DNA of 64,000 nucleotides from Marinoscillum sp. (GTDB lineage: Bacteria; Bacteroidota; Bacteroidia; Cytophagales; MED-G16), in NCBI GenBank assembly GCA_038134805.1, contig JAYPVV010000004.1, forward strand, positions 9,214 to 73,213, in the 5' to 3' direction. A program made the translations under genes and the position numbers. Positions 1-11,500 of the stretch are shown one piece after another (position 1 is the stretch's first letter; every line of letters begins with the position of its first letter). The notes under the pieces are model-generated. The model made no database searches, was not told the DNA's origin, and was given only the letters and a program-made list of their open reading frames with translations.

Positions 1-236
1 GCAATTTCGTTTTGATCTAATTTGGATAATTCTTCAATGATTATATTTGGGTGCTCTTTGGGATATTTTTCATAATCTGCATCATGTAATAAGCCAGCAA
101 TAAAAAAAAGATCTTTATCTTCATCAAGAATTGTTGCATAATACTCCATCACATAAGCAACACTGTAAGAGTGAATAATGAGACTTTTGTTTGAAAGCAT
201 TTCATTTAATAGTATAATTGCCTGATTTCTATCCAT
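1..236 (-). CDS. HD-domain phosphohydrolase, 5' part only (gene continues past the left edge)
   Basis: Own minus-strand translation from ATG at 236-234 gives MDRNQAIILLNEMLSNKSLIIHSYSVAYVMEYYATILDEDKDLFFIAGLLHDADYEKYPKEHPNIIIEEL... It shows the H...HD...D pattern of the HD superfamily. It is absent from the ORF track because it is truncated. Confidence 0.55.
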   Translation of the reverse strand, partial: MDRNQAIILLNEMLSNKSLIIHSYSVAYVMEYYATILDEDKDLFFIAGLLHDADYEKYPKEHPNIIIEELSKLDQNEI

Positions 237-246
237 TTTTAGTTTT

Positions 247-753
247 ATGAGGATATTGTTAATAATATTGTTTCTAAACTCATCTTTGTATGAAATAAAA
301 TGTCAATCAAATATACAATGGATTGAATTAGATAATAAGACTGAAATTAAAAACAATGGAAAAAAAATTATCATTGATTTATACACTGACTGGTGTGGAT
401 GGTGCAAAGTAATGGATAATAATACTTTCACTGACCCCCAAGTAATTAATCAAATAAATGAAAATTTTATTCCAGTTAAATTTAATGCTGAATATCAAAA
501 TACTGTTTTATTTAATAATAATTCCTATAATTTTGTAAATTCTGGTAGAAAGGGAATAAATGAATTAGCTTACTACCTTACAAATGGAAATCTTTCATAT
601 CCTATGACTGTATTTCTTGATGAAAATTATCAATTAATTACACTTTTACCAGGATATCATAAACCTAAATTTTATAATTTTGTCTTAAAATATATAGGAG
701 AAGATATCTGGAAAAATATGTCATGGGAAGAGTATATCAATGAAAATCAATAA
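247..753 (+). CDS. Secreted thioredoxin-fold protein (CxxC)
   Basis: Hydrophobic N-terminus (MRILLIILFLNSSL). Thioredoxin-like redox motif in DLYTDWCGWCKVMD. Confidence 0.7.
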   Translation: MRILLIILFLNSSLYEIKCQSNIQWIELDNKTEIKNNGKKIIIDLYTDWCGWCKVMDNNTFTDPQVINQINENFIPVKFNAEYQNTVLFNNNSYNFVNSGRKGINELAYYLTNGNLSYPMTVFLDENYQLITLLPGYHKPKFYNFVLKYIGEDIWKNMSWEEYINENQ

Positions 754-755
754 CT

Positions 756-2120
756 ATGAATATTAAACAAATTTATACGAATTGTCTATCACAAGCTTCT
801 TACCTTATAGAGTCAGAGGGTGATTGCTTGATAATTGATCCGATAAGAGATATTGATCAGTATGATGAAATTATTGAAAATAATAATTACAATTTAAAAT
901 ATGTTTTAGAAACTCATTTTCATGCTGATTTTATTTCTGGTCATCTTGAACTATCTAATAAGTATAATGTGCCAATTGTATTTGGTCCAAATTCTGAGAC
1001 AAGTTTTGAATCTGTTGTTAAAAATGATGGTGATTTTATTCATCTTGGAGCTGTAAAAATTCAAATAATGCACACTCCAGGTCATACTTTGGAATCTGTG
1101 TGTTATCTTCTCTTTGATGAAGAAAATAATCAGAAAGCTTTATTTACAGGTGATACTTTATTTATTGGAGATATTGGTAGACCTGATTTGGCAATTGATA
1201 ATAATTTGTCTGTGCAAGATTTAGCATCTATGTTATATGATTCTTTATATAATAAAATTTTAAAATTAGATGAAAATATAATTATATACCCTGCTCATGG
1301 ACCAGGAACACAATGCGGTAAAAATTTATGTCAGGAAACATTTTCTAGTTTAAAAGAACAAAAGAAATCAAATTATGCCTTGAAGTTTAATTCTAAGGCT
1401 GAGTTCATCTCATCAATTACAAGTGATTTACCGCCTGCTCCCGATTATTTTAGAGATTCTGCATTATTAAATAAAAATGGATATAAATCAAAGCTTGAAA
1501 TTGATTCTAAAAGTTTGAAATCTATTAATGAACTAGAATTACTTTCATTATACCTGGATGATGTTTTATTAATTGATACTAGGCCACAGAAAGAATTTTC
1601 TAAATTTCATTTAAAAGATTCTATCAATATTTCTTTAACAGGAAGGTTTGCAATTACTGCTGCCAATTTAATTAATGTTAATTCTAAAATAATCGTAGTT
1701 TGCTCCGAAGGCGATCAGAACGAATCAGTATATAGGCTAAATAGAGTAGGATATGAAAATATTTTAGGTTATCATATATTTAATAAAAATAATGATAAGA
1801 TTATTGATTATATGAGAAGCTTACCAAGTGAAAAATCTTCTGAATGTCATCTATTAGATAATTATACATTTTTAGATGTAAGAACAAAAAGTGAGTACCA
1901 AACTAAACATGTAAAAAATGCAATAAATATTCCTTTATTTGATATTGGAAATAGGTTGTCTGATTTTGATCAAAGTAAGAAATATTTAGTTTATTGTCAA
2001 TCTGGTTATAGATCAAGTGTTGCAAGTTCATTTCTTATAAAAAATAATATAAATAATATTATCAATGTTTCTGAGGGAATAAATGGTTTGTTAGAAAATA
2101 AATTAATTCAATTCAATTAG
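756..2120 (+). CDS. Metallo-beta-lactamase-fold protein fused to two rhodanese domains (persulfide dioxygenase / sulfurtransferase-like)
   Basis: HxHxD metal motif (LETHFHADFISGH) and later HTPGHT. Two rhodanese-like modules follow: LIDTRPQKEF...VVCSEGDQ and LDVRTKSEY...VYCQSGYRSS. Confidence 0.8.
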   Translation: MNIKQIYTNCLSQASYLIESEGDCLIIDPIRDIDQYDEIIENNNYNLKYVLETHFHADFISGHLELSNKYNVPIVFGPNSETSFESVVKNDGDFIHLGAVKIQIMHTPGHTLESVCYLLFDEENNQKALFTGDTLFIGDIGRPDLAIDNNLSVQDLASMLYDSLYNKILKLDENIIIYPAHGPGTQCGKNLCQETFSSLKEQKKSNYALKFNSKAEFISSITSDLPPAPDYFRDSALLNKNGYKSKLEIDSKSLKSINELELLSLYLDDVLLIDTRPQKEFSKFHLKDSINISLTGRFAITAANLINVNSKIIVVCSEGDQNESVYRLNRVGYENILGYHIFNKNNDKIIDYMRSLPSEKSSECHLLDNYTFLDVRTKSEYQTKHVKNAINIPLFDIGNRLSDFDQSKKYLVYCQSGYRSSVASSFLIKNNINNIINVSEGINGLLENKLIQFN

Positions 2121-2494
2121 TGTCTAATATAGTTTTATTTTTTCTTTTTCTTATCCAGCAAAATATAACCCCTGAATTATTAAATAATTTAATCTCACAA
2201 AATACCCTCAAAAACACAGTAATACTTGATGTTAGAACTAAATCAGAGGTAGATGAATCATATATTCCAAATTCTATTAATATAAACTTTTATGATAATA
2301 ATTTTGACTCAGCTATTTCAATGCTTGATAAAGAATTAACATATTATGTTTATTGTAGAAGTGGAAATAGATCTTCACAAACTGTTGAAAAATTAAAATC
2401 TTTAGGTTTTGAAAAAGCCTTTAATTTAGAAGGCGGGATAATATTATGGAAAGAGAAGGGATTTTTTTTAAAAAAAAAGAGGTTAAAATATTAA
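2120..2494 (+). CDS. Single-domain rhodanese-like sulfurtransferase
   Basis: GTG start shares one base with the preceding TAG (TAGTG). ILDVRTKSEV...YVYCRSGNRSSQ active-site loop. Confidence 0.75.
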   Translation: MSNIVLFFLFLIQQNITPELLNNLISQNTLKNTVILDVRTKSEVDESYIPNSININFYDNNFDSAISMLDKELTYYVYCRSGNRSSQTVEKLKSLGFEKAFNLEGGIILWKEKGFFLKKKRLKY

Positions 2495-2501
2495 CCTCTT
2501 T
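2471..2501 (-). terminator. Intrinsic terminator of groES-groEL, embedded in the last codons of the convergent rhodanese gene
   Basis: Perfect stem AGAGGTTAA (2478-2486) / TTAACCTCT (2491-2499), extendable to 11 bp, with a 4-nt loop. On the minus strand it is followed by a T-run (complement of the A-run 2471-2477). It lies 24 nt after the groEL stop. Confidence 0.6.
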
Positions 2502-2525
2502 ATAGATAAATAAGACAAAATTCTC

Positions 2526-4459
<1,934 letters not shown>

Positions 4460-4501
4460 ATTTTAATTTTAAAAAAATTATAAATTAATTATTAATCATT
4501 T

Positions 4502-4519
4502 TAGCATAAATCATGCCAA
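4502..4519 (-). promoter_or_regulatory. Sigma-54-type -24/-12 promoter-like element upstream of groES (alternatively a short imperfect palindromic operator)
   Basis: The minus strand reads TTGGCATGATTTATGCTA against the consensus TGGCAC-N5-TTGCW. The GG and GC are at the correct 11-nt offset. The GC lies 44 nt before the groES ATG. Confidence 0.3.
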
Positions 4520-4544
4520 TTTTATAAAAATTGACATATTGGCA

Positions 4545-4895
4545 CTATATCAATGAATCTAATTCATTAGATTCATCTATATTGTCAAAATTGGGAGAAT
4601 TTTGAATTATATTTTGTTCGTTTGCTCTATTAATATTAGGGCTTAACTCATTAATTGCATTATCTGGTGATGAAATAAATACCTTTGAGAGCAAAGTTAG
4701 AGTTACAACAATGATTGCTAAAGTCCAAGTAGACTTTTCCAGCAGATCATTTGTTTTTTGAACACCCATAAACTGGTTAGTGCTATTACCACCAAATTGA
4801 GATGAGAGGCCTCCTCCTTTAGAATTCTGAATTAAAACAACAAGAATTAAAAGTACTGAAACGAAAATTGTTATACCTACAATTATTGAATACAT
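4545..4895 (-). CDS. secG: Preprotein translocase subunit SecG
   Basis: N-terminal TM helix followed by LIQNSKGGGLSSQFGG, then a second TM segment. 116 aa. Confidence 0.85.
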   Translation of the reverse strand: MYSIIVGITIFVSVLLILVVLIQNSKGGGLSSQFGGNSTNQFMGVQKTNDLLEKSTWTLAIIVVTLTLLSKVFISSPDNAINELSPNINRANEQNIIQNSPNFDNIDESNELDSLI

Positions 4896-4896
4896 T

Positions 4897-5331
4897 TTAT
4901 TTTTTTAAGTTTTCAATTTTTTTTGCAAAGTAACTCTTTTTTTTTGAATTCAAAGAGATAAGTTTTTCATAAATTTTTATTGCTTCCTTAATTTTTTTCT
5001 GCTTGATATAAATTTTAGCTATGTTCTCGGAGTAAAATTTTTTAGAGATTATATGTGTTTCGGATAAATCTTCTTTTGTAGTTTTTGATTTCGCTTTTGT
5101 TATTTTAGGGTTTTCAATAATAAAATTATCTAATAATTGGGATGTGCTTATGCTGTTTTTCTTTATAAATGATTCTAAAACATCTCTTTTTGGATGGCGA
5201 ATAGATAAAGAGTTTAAAGTATTATTAAAATCAACAGAAGATGATAATTGCAATTTAAAAATATAGGGTATAAATAGATACGGATATTTTTCTTTTAAAT
5301 TGTTAACTTCATTAATATCAATATATTTCAT
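4897..5331 (-). CDS. Hypothetical protein with a TPR-like C-terminus
   Basis: Tightly packed, with 1-nt gaps to both neighbours. The only motif is a weak TPR-like stretch (AKIYIKQKKIKEAIKIYEKLISLN). Confidence 0.4.
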   Translation of the reverse strand: MKYIDINEVNNLKEKYPYLFIPYIFKLQLSSSVDFNNTLNSLSIRHPKRDVLESFIKKNSISTSQLLDNFIIENPKITKAKSKTTKEDLSETHIISKKFYSENIAKIYIKQKKIKEAIKIYEKLISLNSKKKSYFAKKIENLKK

Positions 5332-5332
5332 A

Positions 5333-5917
5333 TTACCAATTTGCTACTGATGCGTTAAAGATATCAAGTATAATTTGATCAAATATTTCTTCAAGAAAAT
5401 CTTGTTCATTAGACGATAAGTCTTCATTATTTTGATCAAAATCTCTGTAAAATGAGAAAGATTTATTTTCATAATTAAATTGTTCATCATATTTGTTAAA
5501 ATATGTGGCATTAACCCTAATTGTTAACCTAGTTAAGCCAGAGAAAAATTGAGAGTTTCTTCCACCTTCGGCTGTTGGTGCGACTGGAGACAAAGAAAAA
5601 TCTTCAATAGATCCATCAAACTGCAAATCTCCATCTTCTTCTACTATTGTTAAACTCGTGTTCTTTTCAAAATAATCTTTAATTTTTTCATTAAATAAAA
5701 CACTCATGTTTGATGGGCCAAGTGGTGAGTTATTAAAAAAATTTTCGAATGAAATTGTTTTAATATCTGGAGATATTGATGCACCTGTAAATGAATAAAC
5801 ACCACAACCATAGATTACAGTAGTTATTAATAAAAAATTAAAAATCTTTTTCAAGTTTGTAGTATTTAATTTTTCTGTATAGTGTTCTTTCAGATATTCC
5901 GAGATCTTTAGCAGCAT
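5333..5917 (-). CDS. lptE: LptE-like outer-membrane lipoprotein (start uncertain; an in-frame TTG at 5854 is a possible alternative start)
   Basis: Lipobox-like LITTVIYGCG. Size and composition resemble Bacteroidota LptE. Sits between the sigma-54 activator and secG. The longest ORF overlaps the upstream gene by 80 nt. Confidence 0.55.
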   Translation of the reverse strand: MLLKISEYLKEHYTEKLNTTNLKKIFNFLLITTVIYGCGVYSFTGASISPDIKTISFENFFNNSPLGPSNMSVLFNEKIKDYFEKNTSLTIVEEDGDLQFDGSIEDFSLSPVAPTAEGGRNSQFFSGLTRLTIRVNATYFNKYDEQFNYENKSFSFYRDFDQNNEDLSSNEQDFLEEIFDQIILDIFNASVANW

Positions 5918-7061
5918 ACTTTCTTTTATTTTTATTTTTAATTAAAGCTTTAATTATGAGCTCTTTTTCTTTGTCTTCAATGCTTAATGATTCATTCTCT
6001 GAAACTAGTTCAGTAATATCCTGATAATTTTCTGATAATTGATTGACCTCTTCTTTTATAAGAATATTGCTTGTATTTAAATTATTTTTTTCTAATATAT
6101 TATTTGACTCAGATTGAAAAGAGCTATTTTGATTGCCAATAATTGAATCAATAATTTTTTTCATTTCATTAACATCAGATTTAAGATCAAATAAGACTTT
6201 ATACAAAATATCTCTCTCGTTATAACCTTCTTCTTTTTTATCTTCAAATAAATTACTTAGAACAGGTAGGTTTGAGTTATTTGGTAAGTATTTTTCAAGA
6301 GTTTCTTTGTTAATAGTTCTATCTAACTCTAAAATTGAAATTTGCTCTGTTAGATTTTTTAATTCTCTAATATTTCCAGGAAACCTGTATTTTAATATGA
6401 TATTTTTAGCCTCATCATCCAACCTTATTGGATCAAAATTATTTTTGTCAGAGAAGTCAGAGGAAAATTTTCTGAATAATAGAGAGATGTCATTTCCTCT
6501 ATCTCTAAGTGGGGGGACAATAATAGGAACAGTATTTAATCTATAGAATAAATCTTCTCTAAATCTTCTTTTTTTAACTGCTTCACCTAAATTTACGTTA
6601 GTAGCTGCAATTATTCTAACATCTGTTTTTTGAACTTTAGATGAACCTACGCGAATAAATTCACCATTTTCTAGTATTCTTAAAAGTCTTGACTGAGTTG
6701 AGAGTGGCATCTCACCAATTTCATCTAAAAAAATTGTGCCACCATCAGTTACCTCAAAATAACCTTTTCTAGATTCATTTGCCCCAGTAAAAGATCCTTT
6801 TTCATGGCCAAATAACTCTGAGTCTATAGTTCCTTCTGGGATAGCGCCACAATTTACTGCTATAAATTGACCATGTTTTCTCTTGCTCATTGAATGAATA
6901 ATTTTTGAGAAAGATTCTTTACCTGTTCCGCTTTCTCCATTAATTAGCACAGTCATGTCAGTAGGTGCAACTTGAATTGCAACTTGAATTGCGTGATTTA
7001 GAGAAGGGGAATCACCAACAATCCCAAATTTTTGTTTAACAGATCTTATTTTATCTAACAT
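5838..7061 (-). CDS. Sigma-54-dependent transcriptional activator (bEBP) lacking an N-terminal sensor or receiver domain
   Basis: The AAA+ domain starts near residue 13. Walker A is GESGTGKE. The GAFTGA-type loop reads GSFTGA. C-terminal Fis-type HTH ([17 protein letters not shown]). Confidence 0.85.
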   Translation of the reverse strand: MLDKIRSVKQKFGIVGDSPSLNHAIQVAIQVAPTDMTVLINGESGTGKESFSKIIHSMSKRKHGQFIAVNCGAIPEGTIDSELFGHEKGSFTGANESRKGYFEVTDGGTIFLDEIGEMPLSTQSRLLRILENGEFIRVGSSKVQKTDVRIIAATNVNLGEAVKKRRFREDLFYRLNTVPIIVPPLRDRGNDISLLFRKFSSDFSDKNNFDPIRLDDEAKNIILKYRFPGNIRELKNLTEQISILELDRTINKETLEKYLPNNSNLPVLSNLFEDKKEEGYNERDILYKVLFDLKSDVNEMKKIIDSIIGNQNSSFQSESNNILEKNNLNTSNILIKEEVNQLSENYQDITELVSENESLSIEDKEKELIIKALIKNKNKRKYAAKDLGISERTLYRKIKYYKLEKDF

Positions 7062-8419
7062 AACTCTCCAAAAAGTGTTGCTGAATTACAATTTTTTATT
7101 TTAACATCAATATATTTTCCAATTAAATTATTCTTATTTGGAAAGATAACCATCTTATTTTCTGATGTTCTTCCTTTTAAGTAATTATTAGATTTTTTTG
7201 AGTAACCTTCAACTAATATTTTGAAAGTTTCATTAACTGTGTCTTGATTTCTTTTTAAAGAATGATCATTTTGTTTTTCAATTATTTCACTTAATCTTCT
7301 TTTTTTAACATCAAGAGATATATCATCAACGTATTTTCTCTGAGCCAATGTTCCTGGCCTCTCTGAATAATAAAACATGTATGAGTAATCATATACAACA
7401 TTATCCATAAGAGAAAGTGTGTCTCTATGTTCTTCCTCCGTCTCTGAGCAAAAACCAGTAATGAAATCTGAAGAAATTCCACATGTATCACCAATTATTT
7501 TTTTAATATCATTAATCTTATCTAAATACCATTCTCTATCATAGGTTCTATTCATTTTTTTTAGAATTCTTGAGTTTCCACTTTGTGCAGGTAAATGAAT
7601 ATAATTACATACATTTTCATATTTTTTAATAACTTGTAATACGTCTATTGTTATATCTTTAGGGTGAGATGTAGAGAATCTTATTCTTAAATCTGGGCTA
7701 ATTTTAGCAGTCATTTCAAGAAGATTTGCGAAGCTTATTATTTCACTATTTTCAAAATCTTTTTCAAGTCTTTTCTTGTTGTTTTCATCGGGAGACCATT
7801 TATATGAATCAACATTTTGTCCTAGTAGTGTTATTTCTTTGTAACCTTTTGAAAATAAATTTTTTGCTTCATTAATTATACTATAAGGATTTCTGCTTCT
7901 TTCTCTTCCTCTCGTGAATGGAACTACACAAAATGAACACATATTATCACATCCTCTCATAATAGATATGAAAGCTGTTATGCCATTAGAGTTAATTCTA
8001 ACTGGTTCAATATTTTCATATGTTTCTTCTAATGAAAGTATGGTATTAACTGACTTCTCCTTATTTTCAATAATATTGTTAATGAGATTAGGTAAGTCTC
8101 TATATGAATCTGGACCTGCAACAAGATCAACTATTCTTTCTTCTTCCAAAAGCTTTTCTTTTAGCCTTTCAGCCATACAACCTAAAATTCCTATTATAAT
8201 AGAAGGATTATTTTTTTTTAAATTATTGAATATCTTTAATCTTTTACGTATAGTTTCTTCAGCTTTTTCTCTAATTGAACATGTATTTAATAGAATTAAA
8301 TCAGAATCTTCAAATGTATTTGTAATTGAATATCCCATTTTTTTTAAAATGGAAGCAACTATTTCACTATCTGAAAAATTCATTGCACAACCATAACTTT
8401 GAATATATAATTTTTTCAT
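7055..8419 (-). CDS. miaB: tRNA-i6A37 methylthiotransferase MiaB
   Basis: N-terminal [10 protein letters not shown], radical-SAM CxxxCxxC ([13 protein letters not shown]), and a C-terminal TRAM-like region. Start set to ATG 8419 ([11 protein letters not shown]) rather than the longest ORF. Confidence 0.9.
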   Translation of the reverse strand: MKKLYIQSYGCAMNFSDSEIVASILKKMGYSITNTFEDSDLILLNTCSIREKAEETIRKRLKIFNNLKKNNPSIIIGILGCMAERLKEKLLEEERIVDLVAGPDSYRDLPNLINNIIENKEKSVNTILSLEETYENIEPVRINSNGITAFISIMRGCDNMCSFCVVPFTRGRERSRNPYSIINEAKNLFSKGYKEITLLGQNVDSYKWSPDENNKKRLEKDFENSEIISFANLLEMTAKISPDLRIRFSTSHPKDITIDVLQVIKKYENVCNYIHLPAQSGNSRILKKMNRTYDREWYLDKINDIKKIIGDTCGISSDFITGFCSETEEEHRDTLSLMDNVVYDYSYMFYYSERPGTLAQRKYVDDISLDVKKRRLSEIIEKQNDHSLKRNQDTVNETFKILVEGYSKKSNNYLKGRTSENKMVIFPNKNNLIGKYIDVKIKNCNSATLFGELC

Positions 8420-8431
8420 TTCAATTTTCGA

Positions 8432-8439
8432 CAAATTTA
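8432..8439 (-). promoter_or_regulatory. Bacteroidota-type -7 promoter box TAnnTTTG (TAAATTTG) upstream of miaB
   Basis: Exact match to TAnnTTTG, 12 nt before ATG 8419. It lies inside the longer ORF-track N-terminus, which supports the shorter start. Confidence 0.35.
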
Positions 8440-8516
8440 CAATAAGCATGACAAAATGTCAATGATGTTATTTATAAAAAAATTATTAAATTGATTCAAC
8501 TATTAAACACTCAATT

Positions 8517-11500
8517 ATGAAAACTATTTTATCATTTCTTCTTATGCTTTCTTTGACATTTTCTGCAGAAAGTCAAAAGAAATTAAATACTAAAAAAAAT
8601 CAATTTTTTAACAAGGAACTTTACAGTTCTATCAAATACAGACTTGTTGGTCCTTTTAGGGGAGGTAGAGCAGGTACAGTTACAGGAGTTCTGAATAATG
8701 AAAACTTATACTATATGGGAACAGCAGGTGGTGGAGTATGGAAAACTGAAGATGCAGGAAATACATGGGAATCTCTTTCTGATGGGTATTTTGGTGGGAG
8801 TATAGGTGCTGTAGCTGTAAGTGAATCTAATCCAAATATCATATATGTTGGAGAGGGTGAACAAACTTTAAGAGGAAATGTATCATCTGGTAAAGGTATG
8901 TGGAAAAGTAATGATGCTGGAGAAACATGGGAATTTATTGGATTACCTAAATCTGAGCATATTTCAAGAATTAAAATTCATCCTCAAAATCCTGACGTTG
9001 TTTACGTAGGAGTTATAGGAAATTTATGGAAACCTAATGAAGAAAGAGGTTTGTATAAGAGTATTGATGGCGGAAAAAACTGGACTAAAATATTATATGT
9101 CTCTGATAAGGCCGGGATTGGAGATTTTACTTTAGATCCTAATAATTCAAGGATAATTTATGCTTCTACATGGGAAATGAAAAGAAATGGCTTTAGAATG
9201 GATAGTGGGGGTGAAGATAGCAAAGTGTTTAGAAGTTTTGATGCTGGAGAAACATGGGAAGATATTTCAAATTTTCAAGGATTACCATCATTTCCATGGG
9301 GAATAGTGGGTGTAACTATATCTCCAGTAAATTCTAAAAGAATTTGGCTAATGATTGAAGCATTAAATGGTGGATTATTTAGATCAGATGATGGTGGAAA
9401 TACTTGGAAAAAAATTAATACAAATAGAGCTTTGAGGCAAAGAGCATGGTATTATACTAGAATTTATGCGGATACTCAAAATGAAGACAAAATTTATGTT
9501 TTAAATGTGAATTATGGTGTTTCTACTGACGGGGGAAAAACATTTACATTAAAAAATGCACCACATGGAGATCATCATGATTTATGGATTGATCCAAATA
9601 ATAATAAGAGGCTAGCTATAGCAGACGATGGAGGTGCTCAAATTTCAAATGATGGGGGAGAGAATTGGTCAACTTATTACAATCAACCAACTGCTCAATT
9701 TTATAGAGTGACTACCGATAATTCGTTCCCATACAGAATATATGGTGCACAACAAGATAATAGTACTGTAAGAATTAAGCATAGGAGTTCATCTTCATCT
9801 ATCACTGAAAGAGATTGGGAACCAACCGCTGGAGGTGAAAGTGCACATTTGGCTCCAGATCCAAAAAATAATGATATAGTTTATGGTGGAACATATAAAG
9901 GCTATATGATGAAAATGAATCATTATACTGATCAAACACATTCTGTAAATGTATGGCCTGATAACCCAGCTGGATCAGGTGCAGAAGTTATGAAATATAG
10001 ATTTAATTGGAACTTTCCAATTACATTTAGTCCACATAATCCTAATAAATTATATGCTGGATCAAATTATCTGCACGTAACAACTAATGGTGGAAAGTCT
10101 TGGGAAACCATATCAGGTGACCTAACAAGAAATTTACCTGAAACTATAAAATCATCTGGTGGTCCTATAACTCAAGATAATACTGGAGCAGAATTTTATG
10201 CTAATATTTTTGTTATTTCTGAATCAGAAATAGAAGAAGGAGTAATTTGGACTGGAAGTGATGATGGATTAATTCATGTTACTAGAGATGGTGGAAATAC
10301 ATGGGAAAATGTTACTCCTCCAGGAAGTCTTTCTCCAAAATTAAATATGATTAATAGTATAGATCCAAGTGTTTTCTCTAAAGGAAAAGCATACGTTGCT
10401 GCAACTTCATATAAATTTGGAGATTATACACCTTACCTATACAAAACAGAAGATTACGGTAAAACTTGGAGTTTAATCACTAACGGAATTCCTACTAATT
10501 ACTATTCAAGGGTAGTAAGAAGTGATAAGACTAGGGAAGGATTATTATATGCAGGTACAGAATGGGGTATGTTCATTAGTTTTAATGATGGTGAGTCATG
10601 GGATGAATTTCAATTAAATTTACCAATTGTTTCTATACGTGATCTCCATGTAAAAGAAAATGATCTTATTGTAGCTACTCACGGAAGAAGTTTCTGGATG
10701 ATTGATGATCTTACCCCACTTCATCAACTAAAGGAAAATATGAATGAATCATCTGCGATCCTATTTAAACCTGATAAATCCTTTAGACTTTCTCAGTCAG
10801 GATGGGGAAGATCAAGTAGTTTATTAGATGGTGAAAATCATCCTAACGGAGTTATTATTAATTATTATCTTAAAGAGTTTAATAAGGATAATGATTTTTT
10901 AAAAATTCAAATTAAAGATGAAAATAAAAATTTAATTAGAGTATTCTCTAATGATATTAAAAAAGCAAAATTAGATTCAGAAATTAATATCTATGAAAAC
11001 GAGTCTTTTAATATTCTTAAGTTAAATCCTAATTCAGGGGGGAACAGACTAATTTGGGATATGAGATATCCAGGTTTTGTTTCTTTCGAGGGAATGGTAT
11101 TATATTCTTCTCCTAACGTTGGTCCTAAAGTTACACCTGGAATTTATTCAATTGAAATGACTTTTAACGATGAAGTTTTTGAGCAAAAATTTGAAATTGA
11201 AAAAGATCCAAGGTTATCTATGTCTCAGGAAGATTATGCTCGTCAACTTAGTTTTTTACTTGAGGTGAGAGATCAAGTTTCTCTTGCCAATAAAACAATA
11301 ATTGACATAAGAAAAATTAAGAATGACCTTAAATATCTTACTAGTAAAGTGAGTGATAAAGAGCAGTTGATTGATATAATAAATAGATTTAATAAAGAAT
11401 TAGAATTAGTTGAAAACAATATTCATATGACCAAAAATCAAAGTAGACAGGATCCTTTAAATTACGGGATAAGAATAAATAATAGACTAGCTTTTCTATT

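Noticed and set aside
4495-4545. CIRCE (HrcA) operator upstream of groES, suggested by the TTAGCA... start of the plus-strand sequence
   Set aside because: CIRCE is TTAGCACTC-N9-GAGTGCTAA, with 9-bp arms and a 9-nt spacer. Here only a 7-bp imperfect palindrome with a 5-nt spacer is present, so it does not fit.
4539-4556. A second TTGGCAC on the plus strand, as a possible sigma-54 promoter
   Set aside because: No GC dinucleotide lies at the -12 offset (TGGCAC-TATAT-CAAT). It also points antisense into the secG 3' end.
5838-5917. 80-nt overlap between the sigma-54 activator and the lptE-like ORF, as a possible frameshift or fusion
   Set aside because: Both frames are intact and end or start cleanly. 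An in-frame TTG at 5854, just before the lipoprotein signal, reduces the overlap to 17 nt. No evidence of a disrupted gene.
7914-8396. 160-aa ORF antisense to miaB
   Set aside because: It is a shadow of the well-supported radical-SAM gene. Its composition is low-complexity Ser/Leu/Ile/Phe, and there is no motif or promoter space.
8420-8449. Longer N-terminus of miaB ([10 protein letters not shown]...) given in the ORF track
   Set aside because: MiaB proteins start close to the YGC motif. An exact -7 promoter box lies inside the extension, so ATG 8419 is preferred.
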